Shown one piece after another: positions 60,685 through 64,000 of a stretch of DNA of 64,000 nt. Both the position numbers and the translations under genes were made by a program. How positions within the stretch are numbered: the first letter of the stretch is position 1; each line of letters opens with the position of its first letter. The stretch is from Eledone cirrhosa (taxonomy: Eukaryota). The notes beneath the pieces were generated by a model. The model had not been told where the DNA came from. It did not search any database and saw only the letters and a program-made list of their open reading frames with translations. Location: contig OZ024741.1 of the NCBI GenBank assembly GCA_964016885.1, forward strand, positions 77,810,001-77,874,000. Direction: 5' to 3'.

Positions 60685-61137
60685 AATTGGTCATGATGGT
60701 GACACAGTAAAAGCACCCAGCCCACACTGTAAAGTGATTGTGTAGGTGTCATGACAAAAAGCACCCAGTATACCCAGTAAATGAGGTTGGCGTTAGGAAG
60801 GGCATCCAGTTGTAGAAACCAAGCCAAATTCAGTTCTGTATAAGCAAGACATGGTCACCTGACGTATCATTGCCCACAACAAGACAACTCATCTAACCTT
60901 ATTAGTGACAATTTGGTGACCAGAATCATTGAACCTTTACCTCATCAGCATAAAGCTTCAGATTTTTATGAACTACAAATAAAATTTGAGAAAAACCATA
61001 CACTTCTTTGGACCAACAGTTGATCATTTAGAATTTGCATCAATATCATACAAAGAAAATGTAGTTTGTGTTTAGCCTTGCATATGTTTGAAAGTGCTTG
61101 CTTTTTAGCATCATATTCTTCACAAACTTTCACATCC

Positions 61138-61218
61138 AAACATGTGACACTAACTGTTAACCAGAAACTAGAACTTCCTATGTTCTAGTTTCTGGTTAAC
61201 AGTTAGTGTCACATGTTT
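61138..61218. repeat. Perfect 37-bp-arm hairpin with a 7-nt loop
   Basis: aaacatgtgacactaactgttaaccagaaactagaac-ttcctat-gttctagtttctggttaacagttagtgtcacatgttt. Confidence 0.92.
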
Positions 61219-62599
61219 CTTCTTTAGATTATTACTCTTACTTGAAGCCATGATATAAAATATATGGCTGAAAATGCTTAAGCACTGAAATATCAATGAA
61301 AATTACAAGAAAAACACAAGTTGTGTTGTCTTGTGTTGCATATGATGGCTAACATCACATGATACTGTGCTCATCCTACTTGATTGGAATGAATATTACT
61401 AAAAACAATCAAATAAACTTTGATCTAACTTCATCTTTGTATCTGAGTGTGTATTACTAGTTTTGAAAGCAAATTAGATACAGATTATATCACGATACTT
61501 CAAGAACAGAATTGTTATAAAGAAAACCAGTTTCACTTAATAAAACTTCAATGAATGTATATATAGAACTTCTCACTATGAAAGCATAGCGTTTATTGGA
61601 GTGGAGTATGAAAGCAAATAAGCGTAAGTCTTATATAAATAACAGACTGAATATAAATAGAAAGAAGCAGGGAGATGAGGAGTAGATGATTAAGAAGCTA
61701 TTTAATTAACAGGGAATGAGGTGGGTTAGAAAGAAAGAGTATATTTATTAGAGAGGGGTATAAAAGCGAATATCAAATAGGATGTGTATTGGTAAAATGT
61801 TATTTTCCACTGTAGGGCATTACCCACGAGATTTTGAAAGACAAACTGTTGACTGTTCCTTTACTGCAGACTTGTTATTGAACTGGTCAGCAGAAAACAG
61901 ACTTCCGGTGAGGCATGTAACAAGACCAGAACTTCAGAGGTAGATCCTCTTTCTTACATTTGTCAATGTTTGTCATCCAATAAATAACAGTTCAACAAAT
62001 CACAATTTGTTGTTATTTCACATATAGTTTTAAATCTTAATGGTTGAGTGTCCAAGTCTCCCAAATATAAAGCAGAGTTGAGAGAACAACTGCCTTAATT
62101 AGTAAAGACTTGGTGTATAAGTTTTTCACATGCAATGTGAGCAACTTTAATTTTATTATTGGTGTCTTTTCCACAGATTCCTTCATTTAACAAAATGGAA
62201 CAAAAACAAGAAAATTAGCTGACAGTTTTCAATGTGTGACTTCTTGCATTCCAAAATGCTGATATGCTACTGTGTCCTTAGAAGATTGAAAAACCCACCT
62301 TTTAACCTAAAGAAGAGATCTACACCAGGTTTGTCAGGAGGTAAATTGTTAATCATAGTAGAAAGATATAAATTATATAGTGTTGGTACTATTATTTCAA
62401 ACCACCAATAATAGGGAAAAGATCTGATAAGGTACCTGGCTGACAGACTTTTCCAAGCATGCCACCTTGGAAAGAGAGAAACAGAGAGATAAAATGATTA
62501 AGGGCAACCAAAAACATACTAAAGTGGCCTACATTTCTGCTCTTGGCAATTTGACAAAGGTATTCTGTAGGTCCAAGAAAATAAACATAAGTGTTTACT

Positions 62600-63060
62600 G
62601 TTGTTCTCAACTTTCCTCCTGAAGATTTCATGTACAGAAAACCATGTCAACACCCCTGGAGGGTCAAAAACTCCATTGAGATTCAGGAAGAACATCCTTT
62701 GTCAGTGTTATTAGCCTGTCGAAGAAGATGCATGCAAAGATCTTGCCAACAATGCTCAACACATTTAATTGAACAGAAGAGGTTAGCCCATCTTACACTT
62801 GATAACCACTCATTATCAGAGAATAAGAAGCACCTCCAAGAAAGAACAAAGCTATGTCAGAAATATCTATGGGAACTCAAAAATAGTTGGTAGCAAACAT
62901 AGGACAAAGAACTTCAACAATATACTAACAAACAAGATATATGTCATGTCTATGCTGCTACTAAGGAAATTTTTGGTTGCACCCAGTCATCGTTATGAGG
63001 TCTTGAGGACACAGATAATACAACCTTTCCTACTGATCCAAAAAATATCCTGCTACATTG
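62600..63060 (+). mobile_element. Possible Penelope GIY-YIG remnant
   Basis: TKLCQKYLWELKNS resembles the PLE T.LS.YIW.LK motif; otherwise very decayed. Confidence 0.3.
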
Positions 63061-64000
63061 GCGATCACACTTCCAAAGTCTTGTAAACGATCACTCTTCA
63101 ACTCAAGATCACGTTAGAACATCCCCACCTCCAGCTTCCTACCTGGGAATAGATGTATGTCCCCATCACCATCTCACCATGAATTCACAAAAGCTTAAAA
63201 ATGAAATCAGACACACACTTATATACAAGGAAATGGAAATGTGACCTAATCCATTTATAATCCTCTCCATTATCACTTCTGAATAACCATTCTCACCATT
63301 ACTGTACTCCTCTGCCAGGATCTCCCCCATACCTGCCTTTTTTTACACCACCAAGCCAAATACACAACAATTATCATACAACCATGAAATATTTTCTCAC
63401 CCCTTTTCTTTCTTATATTGCTCCCTAAATCCCACTAAACTTGTCATACATTATGACTCCATACTTATTCTCCCATCCCACTCACCTGTTGGAACTCACC
63501 TATGACATCATACTTATCATCTGTCACACTCCTCCCTCCTCTTAAATGCATCTCACTTGAGACAGGTCATCACCCCACCCATAGGGTAGAGAGGGCTCTT
63601 CAGTTGAGTCAAACATTGATGCGCCCAGTACACCCAGCAAAGAGGTTGACATTAGGAAGGGCATCCAGCTGTAGAAAACTTACCAAATAAAGGATTGAGG
63701 AGACTTATGAAAAAGCCATGACAGTCTACCTAGAGTTGGTGTCACAATAAAATGTATCCAGTGGAGTATACAAAATGAAGAAAGGTATGTGAGATGTGAC
63801 TCCAGGTCTATCTAAGAAGCCAATGGTATTGATTATAATGAATAGAAAAAAAACTTTAATTAACTGAGACTATCCAAGAAATTTAAAGTTCACTCACACA
63901 TGTATACTCATACTAACAATAAATCTATGGCACACCTACCTCCATGAGATACCGTTTTCCTTGATATAAATGCTCTGATCCCAGAATATTTTGGCTTCCC

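Overview
AT-rich, repeat-dense eukaryotic genomic DNA. The repeat families and long (TA)n/(TG)n tracts suggest a coleoid cephalopod (octopus-like); this is inference. The only host gene I can support is the 3' part of a + strand Pellino E3 ubiquitin ligase: 7 coding exons between 788 and 20278, all GT-AG, joining in frame into 347 aa plus stop, with FHA and CHC2CHC2 RING-like motifs intact; the 5' exons lie upstream of the window. Almost everything else is transposon-derived: CR1-clade LINEs (one nearly full length), many RTE-clade LINE pieces, Tx1/L1-, R4/Dong- and CRE-type remnants, Penelope-like remnants, an internally deleted Gypsy LTR element, a DD37D (maT) transposase, piggyBac- and hAT-type MITEs and tRNA-derived SINEs. 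Most interesting: (1) the LTR element has a 21-nt self-complementary segment instead of a tRNA primer-binding site; (2) the dominant RTE family has a C4HC3 PHD-type finger inside its reverse transcriptase; (3) there is a hammerhead ribozyme with a complete core in a Penelope-like terminal repeat; (4) there are several long perfect or near-perfect palindromes, some centred on (TA)n; (5) a perfect 60-nt inverted pair brackets a symmetric Pellino exon. All calls were made by eye without database searches, and boundaries of degenerate repeats are approximate.
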